DNA of 64,000 nt from Psammoneis japonica (Eukaryota). Within the stretch, counting starts at the first letter, position 1; each line of letters opens with the position of its first letter. A program made the position numbers and the translations under genes. Shown here piece after piece: positions 36,660 to 49,285 of the stretch. Below the pieces are notes generated by a model that made no database searches, was not told the DNA's origin, and saw nothing but the letters and a program-made list of their open reading frames with translations. The DNA is taken from NCBI GenBank assembly GCA_008632985.1, contig QPGO01000019.1, positions 620,001 through 684,000 of the forward strand, written 5' to 3'.

Positions 36660-37250
36660 GCAGCTTGCTTGCAACTCAATGCTGCCACAGCATGCATCCA
36701 TTTTCATGGATGATGGGTGCATGATGCCCTTTTTTATGCCTCCAACAGCATTGCCTTTTGGATCCCTCTCCAACCCATGCCAGCAGATGACAGTGCCTTG
36801 GAATTTGTCAGCAAGTCCCATTCCAATTTGACCTTGGCGTTTTTGGAATGACAGTGAAAGCAATGAGAACACCAACATCCAGAAGAATGGAGTTTGAAAC
36901 AAGGGCATTGTTCACTGCATGCCCATGGCATTGGGCAACATCACGGTTCATTTGGGATGGACTTTGCATTGCATGGCTGCTAGAGAAGAGCAGTTGGCCT
37001 TGGCCATTGTCTGTGTGGATGCCATTGTGGAAATGCAACACGGCGCTCAAGTCAAACATGATGCGGATGTTCGACAAGGAAGAGGCAATGGTGACAACGA
37101 AGCTTGTTGGAGCTACAAGCATTGGCTCGATGATGTCACACCTCGACAACCGTTTCAACATGCCACGGTTCCGACTGTGTGCCCCCCACTGACAAGTGAG
37201 CAGGTGTATTTTGCGAAAGCAGTTCCAACTTCGCCACTCAAAATTCAATG
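36660..37250 (+). pseudogene. Decayed phytanoyl-CoA dioxygenase (PhyH)-like gene fragment
   Basis: FWIPLQPMP..SALEFVSKSH and MPMALGNITVHLGWTLHC...ALAIV(C)VDA segments in different frames. Confidence 0.55.
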
Positions 37251-37255
37251 ATAAC

Positions 37256-37757
37256 TGCGCAGTTCTGGTGCAGGTAAGACCACACCCCCGAGCGTGTTAT
37301 TTGTTGTCTTGTCGGCAGTTGCCACAGTGATTTTTGGACAGTTGTTTGGGAGCATTGTTCCGAGCGTCGGACTACCCCTGGCTGTGGGCCCATTATTTCT
37401 CATGGTAAGTTGTTATCTTTGTTGCATCTAGTTATGCTGGGAACGTATTGACCTGACGAATGGTTTCACTGGATGGTGGCAGCAGCTTATTGTTTTTGGT
37501 GGGCTCTTTGTAAATGTCGATCAAGTTGATCCCTGGTTTTGTGTGGATATCGTACGAATCTTTTGTGCGTTATGGTTGCGAAGGAGTGATGATTGTGATT
37601 TGGGAGCAGGAGGGCGGGAGGTTTGGAATCATTTTCATGGAACGTCGACCACAAATGGCGCAATCTTGGATGCCTAAGTGCACTCCTTATTAGTTCCCGA
37701 GTTCTGGCAATGGTAGCTCTCAAATTCCACTCCGCGAACAAAACTAAATCAAGTTGA
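37256..37757 (+). pseudogene. Internally deleted duplicate of the ABCG gene
   Basis: 37256-37290 matches 20884-20919 (Walker A) and is joined to a match of 22127-22601; frameshifted. Confidence 0.85.
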
Positions 37758-37901
37758 AGAAATATCACACGGAATACAGCAGTTTCGAGAGGCGTTCTTC
37801 GAAATCTCTATTGTTATGATTGTAGATGCTGCAACACTGCTGCCGTGCTCTACTAAATAAGGAAGTTCCCATCATACAAGAGGACCAAACTCAGTTTACA
37901 G

Positions 37902-40636
37902 CTAAACAGACAGATTCTTTATACCGCATGTCCTGCCTTCCTTGAAGTCACCACGAGTGGGCTTCTCCAAGAAAATGCGGCAAAGATATACATCGTTCCT
38001 GTTCATCTTTGAGTCATACCCCAAGCAAGAAGTGGATTCTGAGCACCTTGTTTCACAGTCAAACGGAAGCAAACGAAAAGATTGGAAATATTGCCCGGCA
38101 CATTTGTAGTTCTCATGCACAGTGAAAACATTGGGTGGGGCAGTGACGGGGGAACGAGTCGGTGGCATAATGGGACTCCGCGATGGATGCTCTGTTGGAC
38201 TTCGAGTCAGTGACTCTGTACTCGTAGAAACGCCAGCTAACCCTGCAACCTGTTCCGAAGACAAGCTATTTGCCCAAACATACAATTCGTCAACGAGGCC
38301 AATGTACGGTTCATGTGCAGGAAGCAGCAATCGATACGTTCTCGGGTTACTGTGTCCAAACCCGCCGATGCTGACTAAACCTGCAAGATCAAGAAATAGA
38401 TAGTTGTCCACTCCGTTCACTCGTGTTGCAACACGTTTGCCATCAACATACATTTGAACCTCGGATAATCTGCAACTGTTTCTAGGCATGCTAATGGCAA
38501 CATGATGCCATTCGTCATCAGCCAAATTCACCCTCCCCACCGGGGATAATCTCATGTTGTCGCCAGCATAGAGGGCAGGAACGCCTCGATCCAGTGTCAG
38601 AGAAAAGATGCGGTTCACGTATCGGCCATCTTTATTGAAGAAAGCACTGCCGTAGTGGATGAGCATTTGATTCTTCCTGGATCTTCTAGTCTTGAACCAC
38701 AGCGCGTAAGAGATTTTGATGCCTCCGCTATGCGGACCACGCCTATGAGAATTGCAGAAACAATTTGGGGTTAGAAGGAAAAACCTGCGTGGCTACACAG
38801 GCTGCGCTGAGCTGACAACACATAGAAAGCGCACTCACCCAAATACTGCAACGCGACTAGTTGAATTTAATTTGGCAGCTTTACCAAAGACACCGTCTCG
38901 AAGAACAACGTCCCCTACTTGCGCATCGTATTGTTCTAAGAACACAGCAAGGGCACCAAATCACTGAGACTCTTCAAATTGCAGAGATGGCGAGTGCAAG
39001 AGACTGAACTTACGGTCATAGGCACCAAGATTGGCAAAGGAGTTTCGACATACAGTGCCAAGAATCGTAATCTTGCGCTGTACTTTGGTTTCCCAGTAAT
39101 CATCATGCGTTAGACCCAGCACTGGCCTTTCTCGTAACGTGGACATGTTGTCAAAAGAGAAGTATATCATGGGACGCGTACGATCCAGAAGCTTCAAAGA
39201 TCCCTCTGATTCAATCTTTGTTTTCTCCTCAGATTTATCGATAACCAACCGACCATAGAAATCATAGTCGAAGTTGTGGAACGGCCCCGGCCCCTTTCCA
39301 ATATATTGATTAATTATGATGGTGTCATCCGTCATGTCGACCGTGATAAAATTTTCCACACCATTTCCGCGAGAAACTACCTGAACTAAGTTTGAGCTGT
39401 AGTCCTTGGTTGCAGTGTTTGCATGAACCTGAAAACCGACAAAAAATGTTTCAAGACATTGTTGGTGAGATACGTGACGCCAAGACAAAGCGAGAAAAAG
39501 ACGAGAAGAATGGACACTCACCTCTCCCGCAAAATAAACGTCGACATTATACTGCTGCATCGCCTTGAAGAAACCAGAGTTTTCCGCACCATCCATGAAC
39601 TGGCCACTACACTTTACCTTGCGCACAGGCTGCATAATTGGCAAGTGTGCTTGAACGAAAATATGCTTAATCGTTGGGTCGTTTCTCGCCTCGGACAACA
39701 CATGAACGAACCAATCCAAATGGGCGCCAGTCACGTCGCATGTCACGGTACCCTCCCCACCTTTGCCTTGGGCAAGGTCATGAAAGTCAAACGGGAGTGA
39801 TTTGAATGCATCAACCGTTACAATCAAAGCGTTCTTGTGGCGGTAGGCAAAAGACGTGCGTTCAAAGATTGTTCCAATTGGACGGGAACTGGTTCCTGCG
39901 ACAAAAGTAGTGTAGTTGATGAAAGTAGCGGTGTAAATTTTAAGATTGAATTGATTTAGTCAAACACAGTGAATCCAATTCAAATACAAACATGGCACAC
40001 TTCACACTCACGTCCAATGGGTTTCCGATAGAGAAATTGTCCTCTTCTATTTCGGTTGAACTTTTCATAAAATATCTGACGAAAGTTTGGCACCAACGCT
40101 GTCTTCTCTAGTTCTTTCAGCCAAGTATTTCCTCCAATTTCGTGATCCCCAACCGCCATTAGCAGCCTGGAATATCCGGCTTCGGCAAACACTTTCTTCA
40201 TGCTTTCATAGCATCGTTCCCCTGCTTTACGAACCGCTTGCTCTTGTGTCCTCACGTTAAGATCGTCGAGAAACTCGGGCCGGTACCATTTCCCAGTCTC
40301 AGCGTCCCCGGGCAGGACAACTAACTCGCCACCGTACCGCTGCTTGATGCGTTTGAAGGCTTTGATCTTTTTCGCTCCTCCGGATGCTTTTGGTGGCTTC
40401 TTTACGTCAAGAATTGGATCCAAGACGAACTGAAAGAACGAAAAATGAACGAAAGGAATGAATCGATGGAAGGAACGAACGGAGGTTGAATTGAATTGAA
40501 CTACAGCAAAACAAACACATACAGTCTCAGCCCCATGCCAATCCGCAATAACAATGAATCGCCACGAGTTTTGGGCTTGAGCAGTCATTGCGAAGAGCAA
40601 AAGCAGCAAAACCTTTGTACCGAACGATAGCAACAT
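37902..40636 (-). CDS. Secreted metallophosphoesterase-LamG-PT-Cys protein, copy 2 (close duplicate of copy 1)
   Basis: Same motifs and intron positions as 22757-25492; collinear nucleotide match. Confidence 0.85.
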
Positions 40637-41856
40637 CTCCAAAAGCAAACCAAGAGCAAAAAACAACCAAACTTTTGGGTGTTTTTCGAGTTTTGACGTC
40701 AAGCTCACATCTCACAGAAAAAGGGGGCGGTCTGAGAAGGACGACACGAAAAGGACAAATGACTCTGATAATTCGGTGTAATAATTGTTATTTCAATTAA
40801 GTCATAATAAAAAATGGCCTACAAAAAGACTTATAGAATAACTGTAAAAATTTTATGTGTTTATTAGTGTCCGAAGCTTTTACATGAATCTAACATTATT
40901 GGCAACAAATTGATAAAATTTATATATATATATTGCCCATTTTTTCTTTATATATTGCCCCATCAGTCCCGGTGACAATTTTGAAAGTGGAGAGAGCAGA
41001 TGGGATGGAGGACAATGGCGGTCACCATTCATCATTCATCATGCTGAAAGCATCCACACCTAGCTGACAAATGCATGTTCGAGAGGGCCCTGTCTGTAAG
41101 CTCCCAACAATCTCATTCGAAAAGCATGGTATGACCCTTTATTTGCGTGACGACTTTGCGCACACATCGGCTCGTGAGTGCATACCATACTTTTTGTTGG
41201 TGCCCCGGCATGCTCCTCAAGGCTGCCAAAGACAGCTCTTATGGTTGGACCTCAACTAAAGGGTCGAAAAATTTGTAAGGATCTAAAGGATGTGAGGAGC
41301 AATGGCAAGTAAGTACCGCATATCGGAGGAAAGAACAACAAGTTTGCATCCGACGCATACAGGTCAAATCTTCCTTCCAAACGACGACAAAAGTCGCCCA
41401 GAAATTCTCTCAAGAAATGTACGCCCCTCTAGATTCTTCAGAACACCATTGGCTGTAGGTATGGATCGTTTTAGCGAACTGGATAACAGTTGGCGAGCCT
41501 CACCAGAGACCCGTGAGGAGACACATGCTAGATTCCAATACCAGGACGTCAGCTGAAGTGAGACTCGCACTATACAGTAGTTACTTTGCTGTTTAGTTGA
41601 GGGGCTGGGGTGTAGTTAATGACGTTCGTATAATGCAAGCTTTTTCTTCATTGCGGAAAAGTTATCAAAATGGTTTTTGCACGCGTCGGGGTTGCATTCT
41701 CTTGGGAGAGCTGAACTTGTACTGTACATTCTTCGTGCGTAACGCTATTCTCATTATTGGTCGGACTTCAAAAACATTAAATCTGCCTTAGAAATGACTA
41801 CAAAGAAACGCGATTCGCTGCAGAGCTTGTATGAGATCTCGGGGAAATCTCTCACG

Positions 41857-44798
41857 CTACTTTCTTATTCCGCAAGCGGACAGTCGATTGCTCCGTTTGC
41901 CCAGAGTTGGCTTTACGTCATACAAGCGACACACGTAGACTTTGTTTGGATTCAACTTGACATCAAATCCGACGCATTCACTTGACTCACGACACGTCCT
42001 TCTACATGCCTTCGGCTTCAAATTAAACGTTTTGAAAGAGTCGCCATTGCAAATGTAACCATCAACGACGGTAAAAAGCTCGGGACGACGAATGGGCGGT
42101 GTTGGGGCCTTTGTGGGCGTGCGAGTGGGTCCCTCTGTGACTTTGCCACCCTGATCCTTTGGATGATGAGCGGATGGGGATGATGGAGCAATTGGGGCGT
42201 TTGTTGGGGGGCTTGTTGAGGCCCTTGTCGGTGTGGCGGTCGGGGCCTTTGTAGGCGCGAGAGCATATCCTTCGACAAAGTTTCGGACCTGATCCAGGGA
42301 CAAGCTATCCGCCCAAACATACAGCTCGTCAATCAGTCCAATGAAAGGTTTGTAGCTTGGCATGAGCCTTCTGTTCATTACCACATCACTGTGCCCAAAT
42401 CCGCCGATGCTAATGCTTCCCGAGGTGGTGAAGAACAAGAAGTCATCTTTTCCTTGGACCTCCGTATCGACACGTACGCCATTGACAAACATCTGAACTT
42501 CCGACAGGCGACAACTATTCCTTGGCATTGAGATTGCTAAATGATGCCAAGCTGCATCTGCCAGAGCAACAGTTTTGTCCGTGGGAACCAGCTTCATGTT
42601 GGCTCCAGAATGGAGAGCAGGAATGCCCTGGTCTAGCGTCAATGTGAAAATTTGATTCTTGTTGAACTCCGTGAATACAAAGAGTTCACCAAAGTGAAGT
42701 AGTATCTGCTTCGCATTCGATGCCTTCGTTTTGAACCAAAGTGCATACGACATTTTGATGCCCCCACTATGTGGTCCCATTCTTTTGCGTCGAACAAGCA
42801 CATCGACGAGGACGGATGAGCGAAGAAAGACGCAAAGTAGGAAATATCTGCAAGCAGCACTCACGCGAAAATTGCCACCCGGCTATCGGTTGATTTGAAT
42901 GCTGCGGCTTTGCCTTTGACACCTTTCTCTAGGGCTACGTTTGCAACTTGGGCATCGTATTGCTCTAGTGGGAGCGAAGGGAGAGAAGTGACATTAGAGT
43001 GAATCAAAGAAGAGTGACTGCCATCAAGCACTGTCACACGAAGCACTTACGACCGAATTCTCCCATGTTTGGAAACGAATCCCAGCATTCAACTCCTTGT
43101 ATGGTGATCTTTCGTTGATTCAACGTCTCCATGATATCATCATGCTCCATAGCGAGAACGGGTCGTTCTGACAAAGGAAAGGTCTTGTCAAAGGAGAGGT
43201 GTATCATTGGCCTTTTCCTGTCCAGTAGCTTCATCGAACCAGAGGACTCAAATGTAGTTTCTTCTCCCGACTTGTCGATTACGATTTTGCCGTAGAATTC
43301 GTAGTTTTCGTTGTGTCTTGGCTTTGGTCCTATCTCGTTGTATTGAGTTATACTTATTATTTCGTCAGATACGTCAACCGTGACAAAATTCTGGACGGCA
43401 TTTCCCCTGAAGAGGAAATACGCGGAATGAAATCGTGGGGCGTTGTTGTTGTTGTCGTTAAAATCAAAGTCAAGAATAACGTGGAAATCCACACCAAAAA
43501 AATTCCTGGTATCATCAAGGCACGTAGACTCGAGTGATCAATCCATCTTTCAAAACTAACTTACCTTGACACTACTTGTACCACGTTTGATTCATCGTCC
43601 TTGGTAACGGTGTTTGCGTGGACCTATGGAAGCATCAAACAGCATGAAGAAACCACCAGAGTGTTAGACGGAGATGTACTCCTTTCCTATCACCGGCATC
43701 GTTAGTACTCACATCTCCGGAAAAGTAAACATCAACGTTATACTCTCGCATTGTTTTGAAGAAATCTGAGTTTTCTGCTCCATCCATGAACTGGCCAGTG
43801 CATCGAATCTTTCGCACGGGTTGTATGATTGGTGGGTGAGCTTGCACAAAAATATGCTTGATCGTTTCGTCTTTGCGGGCTTCACTCAGCACTTTTCGAA
43901 ACCATTCCAAGTGAGTCCCAGTCACGTCGCATGTAACGGAACCTTCCCCTCCAAGCCCACGACTTCTGTCCATGAAATCCGACGACATTGATTGGAATAC
44001 GTCAACAGTGACAAACAAAGCGTTTTTGTGTCGATACGCGTAGGACGTTGTATCGAATACGGTGTTCAAAGGACGGGAATCTGCTTCTGAATATCAATAA
44101 CGTCCGGAAAGGCACAGGTGACTGTGAGGTGAAAACATATGGAGTAGCGAGTTTTCGACAGATCGACTGCGTATACTTACTTCCAATAGGATCCGTATAT
44201 AGAAAGGTTCCATTCGTGTCTCTGTTGAACTCGCTGAAAAAGATATGCCTGAAGTCTGGCAAGAGATCAGTCTTCAATTCTGTAATTGGCCAAGAGTTTC
44301 TGTGGCGCAGTCTGTGAGTCAAGGCTTTGCTCACCGGATAATGAAAAGGGACTCCTCTATCTCATTTACTCACCCTCCCAGCTCATGGTCTCCGACTGCC
44401 ATAAGCAGCTTAGAGTATCCAGCTTTCTCCAAAACTAGCGTCATGCTCCCATAGCATCTTCTTCCTGCTTCCTTAACTGCCGCCTCAGCAGTTTTCACCT
44501 TGAGAATATCGAGAAACTCCTCCTTGTACCACTTCCCGGCGTTGGAGTCGCCCGGGAGCACCATTAATTCTCCACCGTAGTTTTTCTTGATATGCCTAAA
44601 CGTTGACATTTTTCGGCCTGCGGCATCATTCTTTGCAAATTGTTTTGCGGTATTTGCTGGATTGGCCACAAAAGGCTTGGCACCATGCCAGTCTGCAATG
44701 ACTACGAAACGCCACGCATTGTCGGCCTCGGCACCTGCCGTCAAACACGATGCAAAATGCAACAGTAATACATAGAAAATATGAGAAAATGAAACCAT
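41857..44798 (-). CDS. Secreted metallophosphoesterase-LamG-PT-Cys protein, copy 3
   Basis: Signal peptide, ADWHG, LPGDSN, VGDHE, VQAHPP, FSGDVH; LamG; PT stalk; Cys-rich end. Confidence 0.85.
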
Positions 44799-45608
44799 CT
44801 ATACTTCTATTCAATCCCTGATTACAACAGGACTAGTGCTGAACTTTGAAGGGAAGAAAAAAAAGAATTGGGAGGTAGGTGGTGTTGAGGAATTTTCCTT
44901 TTTCTTGGTGTGAAGTGGAAACGGATTCTTTTTTTTTTTGTCTCCCGCGCGCGATCTCACCCGGACACAATAATAAGTATGAACTGTATGGCCCTATACA
45001 CGACAGCACAAAACTTTATTGAAAAAATGTCCTGTGTTAAGTAAAAAAATCTTGATTTTGTCGCTCATAATTCACAATTAATATCAGGCATAGTGGGGAA
45101 GTACTGGATCCTATACAATACATCTCGTGAGTTTCCGATGACATTACTTAGGATACTTTTTTTTTTAACACAATGTCATTATATCGACACGCTTTGCTCA
45201 TTTAAAAACGAATAATGTCTTTATAAATGTTGCACTCACAAACCGTATGTAAGTCCCTAAGTCGTGTGAACAGTGCTCGTGCGTGCTCAGTACGCACGAG
45301 TACTGAGTACCGGTACGATACTACACACTACACGAGTATGAAGTCTCTAGAAACCCTGCTCGCACTCGCCTCGAAACAGACCATCCTCCATTATACTGTA
45401 AATGGACGACAGGAAGATGGACGATCTGCGCAAATGCGATTGTGACTCAACCTTCGCTCGCACTCCTCTTTGTTGGTTCTTAAAGCCCATTCTATCCACC
45501 GCACCTCGACCGACTCCTTCCGAGAAACAAACAAGTTTCTACTACTAGCTACCGTTAGAGCTCTAGCTACTAGTAGCGGAATCCCGCATCATGGGTACAT
45601 CTCTCACG

Positions 45609-48600
45609 CTAATTTTTTATTCCGCAGACGAATGGTTTTTTGCTCGCACGGCCAAGAGTTGGCTTTATGTCAAACAGGCGGCATATGTACGCCTTGTTAC
45701 GATTCAACTTGACGTCGTATCCGGCACATTCACTTGACTGACGGCACTGCCTTTTACACTCTTTTGGTTTTAATCTGAGGGATATGAAAGAGTCGCCATT
45801 GCACATGTGACCATCGAAAACGGCAAAAAGGTCGGGACGACGACTGGTGGTCGGGGTTGGGGCCTTTGTGGGCGTGCGGGTGGGTTCCTCTGTGACTTTG
45901 CTAACCTGATTATCGGTGCGATCAATGGATTGGGTCGGTTCAAGTGTGACGGACCTTGAAGGGGCAAGAGTTGTGGCCTTTGTAGGTGCAGCAGTGGGGA
46001 GTGTTGTTGATGCAGCACTTGGCCCCACAGTTGGCATCATTGTAGGTGCGGTGGTTGGGGCAGGTGTTGGTGCAAGAGTTGGAGACTTCGTAAGCGTAGC
46101 AGTTGGGGCCGTTGTAGGCGCGAAAGTGGGCCCGGCGATAAGCCTTTTAATCTGATCCGAGGACAAGCTATCTGCCCAAACATACAATTCATCAATCACG
46201 CCAATGTAAGGTTTGTGGCTCGGCATGAGCCTTCTGCTCATTCTCAAGTCACTATGCCCGAACCCGCCTATGCTCATACTGCCCGAGGTGGTGAAGAACA
46301 AGAAGTCGTCTTTTCCTTGAACCTCCGTACCGACAAGTTCGCCATTAATAAACATTTGAACTTCCGAGAGGCGACAACTATTTCTTGGCATTGAGATTGC
46401 CAAGTGCTTCCATCTCGCATCGGCAAGGCTAATGCTTCTGTCCGTGGGAACCAGCTTCATGTTGGCTCCGGCGTGGAGAGCAGGCACGCCTTGGTCTAGG
46501 GTCAACGTGAAAATTTGATTCTTCTCAAACTTAGTCATTGAAAACACTTCGCCAAAATGAAGTAGAACCTGGTTCGTACTGGATGCTTTTGTTTTGAACC
46601 AAAGTGAATACGATATCTTGACGCCACCGGTATGTGGTCCCATTCTTTTGTGTCGAACAAGCATATCAACGAGAAAGGATTAGTGAAGAATTTTGCATCG
46701 CACGAAATCATTGCCAGCAGGACTCACGCAAAAAATGCCACCCGGCTCTTAGTCGAATTGAATGATGCTGCTTTGCCTTGGACACCTTTCTCTAGGGCTA
46801 CGTTTGCAACTTGGGCATCGTATTGCTCTAGCGGGAGTGAATGGACAGAAGTGGACACAGAAATATGAATGCAAGGAAGAGTGACTGCAGATGAAGCAAA
46901 CGCACGAAGAACTTACGACCGAATTCTCCCTTGTTTGGAAACGAATTCCAGCATTCAACTCCCTGTATGGTGATCTTTCGTTGATTCAATGTCTCCCAGA
47001 TATCATCATGCTCCATAGCGAGAACGGGTCGTTCTGACAATGGAAAGGTCTCGTCAAAGGAGAGGTGTATCATTGGCCTTTTCCTGTCCAGTAGCTTCAT
47101 CGAACCAGAGGACTCAAATGTAGTTTCTTCTCCCGACTTGTCGATTACGATCTTGCCGTAGAATTCGTAGTTCTCGTTGTTTCTTGGCTTTGGTCCTATC
47201 TCGTTGTATTGGTTTATGCTTATAATTTCGTCAGATACGTCGACGGTGACAAAGTTCTGGGCGGCATTGCCCCTGAAGACAATAAGCGGAATGAAATCGT
47301 GTGGCAAGTTACAAGTTAAAAGTTAAAGTTTGAATCACAGTCAAGAGTAACGTTGAAGTTCACACCGAAAGAATTCCTTGTATCAGCAGAAATCTCAGAA
47401 TAAAATAATCAATCCATCTTTCAAAACTAACTTACCTTGAAACTACTTGTACCACGTTTGATTCATCGTCCTTGGTAACGGTGTTTGCGTGGACCTATAT
47501 GGCAGCAAACCGCATGAAAAAACCACCAGAGTGTGAGACGGAGAAGTACTCCTTTCCTATCACCGTCATCGTTAGTACTCACATCTCCGGAAAAGTAAAC
47601 ATCAACATTATACTCCCGCATTGCTTTGAAGAAATCTGAGTTTTCTGCTCCATCCATGAACTGGCCAGTGCATCGAATCTTTCGAACGGGTTGTATGATT
47701 GGTGGGTGAGCTTGTACAAAAATATGCTTGATAGATTCGTCTTTGCGGGCTTCACTCAGAACTTTTCGAAACCATTCCAAGTGAGTCCCAATCACGTCGC
47801 ATGTAACGGAACCTTCCCCTCCAAGCCCCCTGCTTCTGTCCATGAAATCCGACGACATTGATTGGAACACGTCGACAGTGACAAACAAAACGTTCTTGTG
47901 TCGATACGCGTAGGACGTTGTATCGAATACGGTGTTCAAAGGACGGGAATCCGCTTCTGAATACCAATAACGTCCACAAAGACAGCGGTGACAGAGAGGT
48001 AAATTATGATATGGAGTAGCGAGTTTTCGACAAATCGACTGCGTACAGGCATACTTACTTCCAATAGGATCAGTATATAGAAAGGTTCCATTCATGTCTC
48101 TGTTGAACTCGCTGAAAAAGATACGCCTGAAGTCTGGCAAGAGTTCGGTCTTCATTTCTACAATCGGCCAAGAGTTTCTATGATGCAGTGATTGGTGAGT
48201 CAAGGCTTTGCTCACTGGATAATGGAAAGGGACTCCTCTATCTAATTTCGAGTTACTTACCCTCCGAGCTCATGGTCTCCCACTGCCATTAGCAGTTTGG
48301 AGTATCCACCTTTTTCCAAAACTAGCTTCATACTTTGGTAGCATCTTCTTCCTGCTTCCTTAACTGCCTCTTCGGCAGTTTTCACCTTGAGAATATCAAG
48401 AAACTCCTCCTTGTACCACTTCCCAGAGTTTGAGTCGCCCGGGAGCACCATTAATTCTCCACCGTAGTTTTTCTTGATATGCCTAAACGTTAACATTTTT
48501 CGGCCAGCGGCATCGTTCTTTCCAAGTCTTTTTCCTTCATTTATTGGATTGGCTACAAAAGGCTTGGCACCATGCCAGTCTGCAATGACAACGAAGCGCC

Positions 48601-48691
48601 ACCCATTGTCGGCCTCAGCATCGGCCGAAGTTAGACCGCGGGATGCAAAATGCAACAGTAAGACAGCCAAAGTTTTAGGAAACGAAACCAT
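45609..48691 (-). CDS. Secreted metallophosphoesterase-LamG-PT-Cys protein, copy 4 (close to copy 3, longer stalk)
   Basis: As copy 3; start MVSFPKTLAV. Confidence 0.85.
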
Positions 48692-49285
48692 CCGTTCGTT
48701 CCCTCTGAGTAAACCAACAAGACTACCGAGTTTGGCGTCGATAATGAAGCAAGTGAGTGCACGCAAGTATTCCTGTGTTTTTCTCGTTTTCAGTGGTGAG
48801 GTGATGGGAAACCACCCGTCACATTTTTTTCGAGTCAAGGTTCGCGATCGAGGATATGTCCTATTGCCTGAATATCTTATACTCAATATTCTAAGCTTTA
48901 ATATTGTTTATTTCCGAGTCATCACATCGTCATTTTAAAAAAAATGTCTCCTTCAACTTTTCTTGAGAAAGGGATATTCGGGTATATATTTCTACTAGAG
49001 TGCAGTCGTGCGAGTAAGGGGTAGTTGTCGCGCGCAGTTTTTGACATCCGAAGAATCGATTCTGGCGCCGTAATCAGTATGTTGCTAGGTTTTTGTTGTC
49101 TTCTCGGCGTGATATCGGTGTTTTCTGTGAATAGTAGGTTGGTATACTTTCTGCATGAGTAATCTGGCCTAAGTAGGGTCCTCTAATGCTTGTATAGGGA
49201 TAGACTAGCGCCATCCTCCCAACTTTTCTGATTTCTGCTGAAAACGCAAAATGAAAACTCGAAAACTCTGGCTATTACGGTACTA

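Larger units (their letters stand above)
25749..37250. other. 11.5-kb decayed block depleted of both TpA and CpG; remnants of repeats and host-gene fragments; contains a 20-N gap (31236-31255)
   Basis: About 43 TA dinucleotides counted by eye in ~11.4 kb; strong CA/TG excess; no intact gene. Confidence 0.85.
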
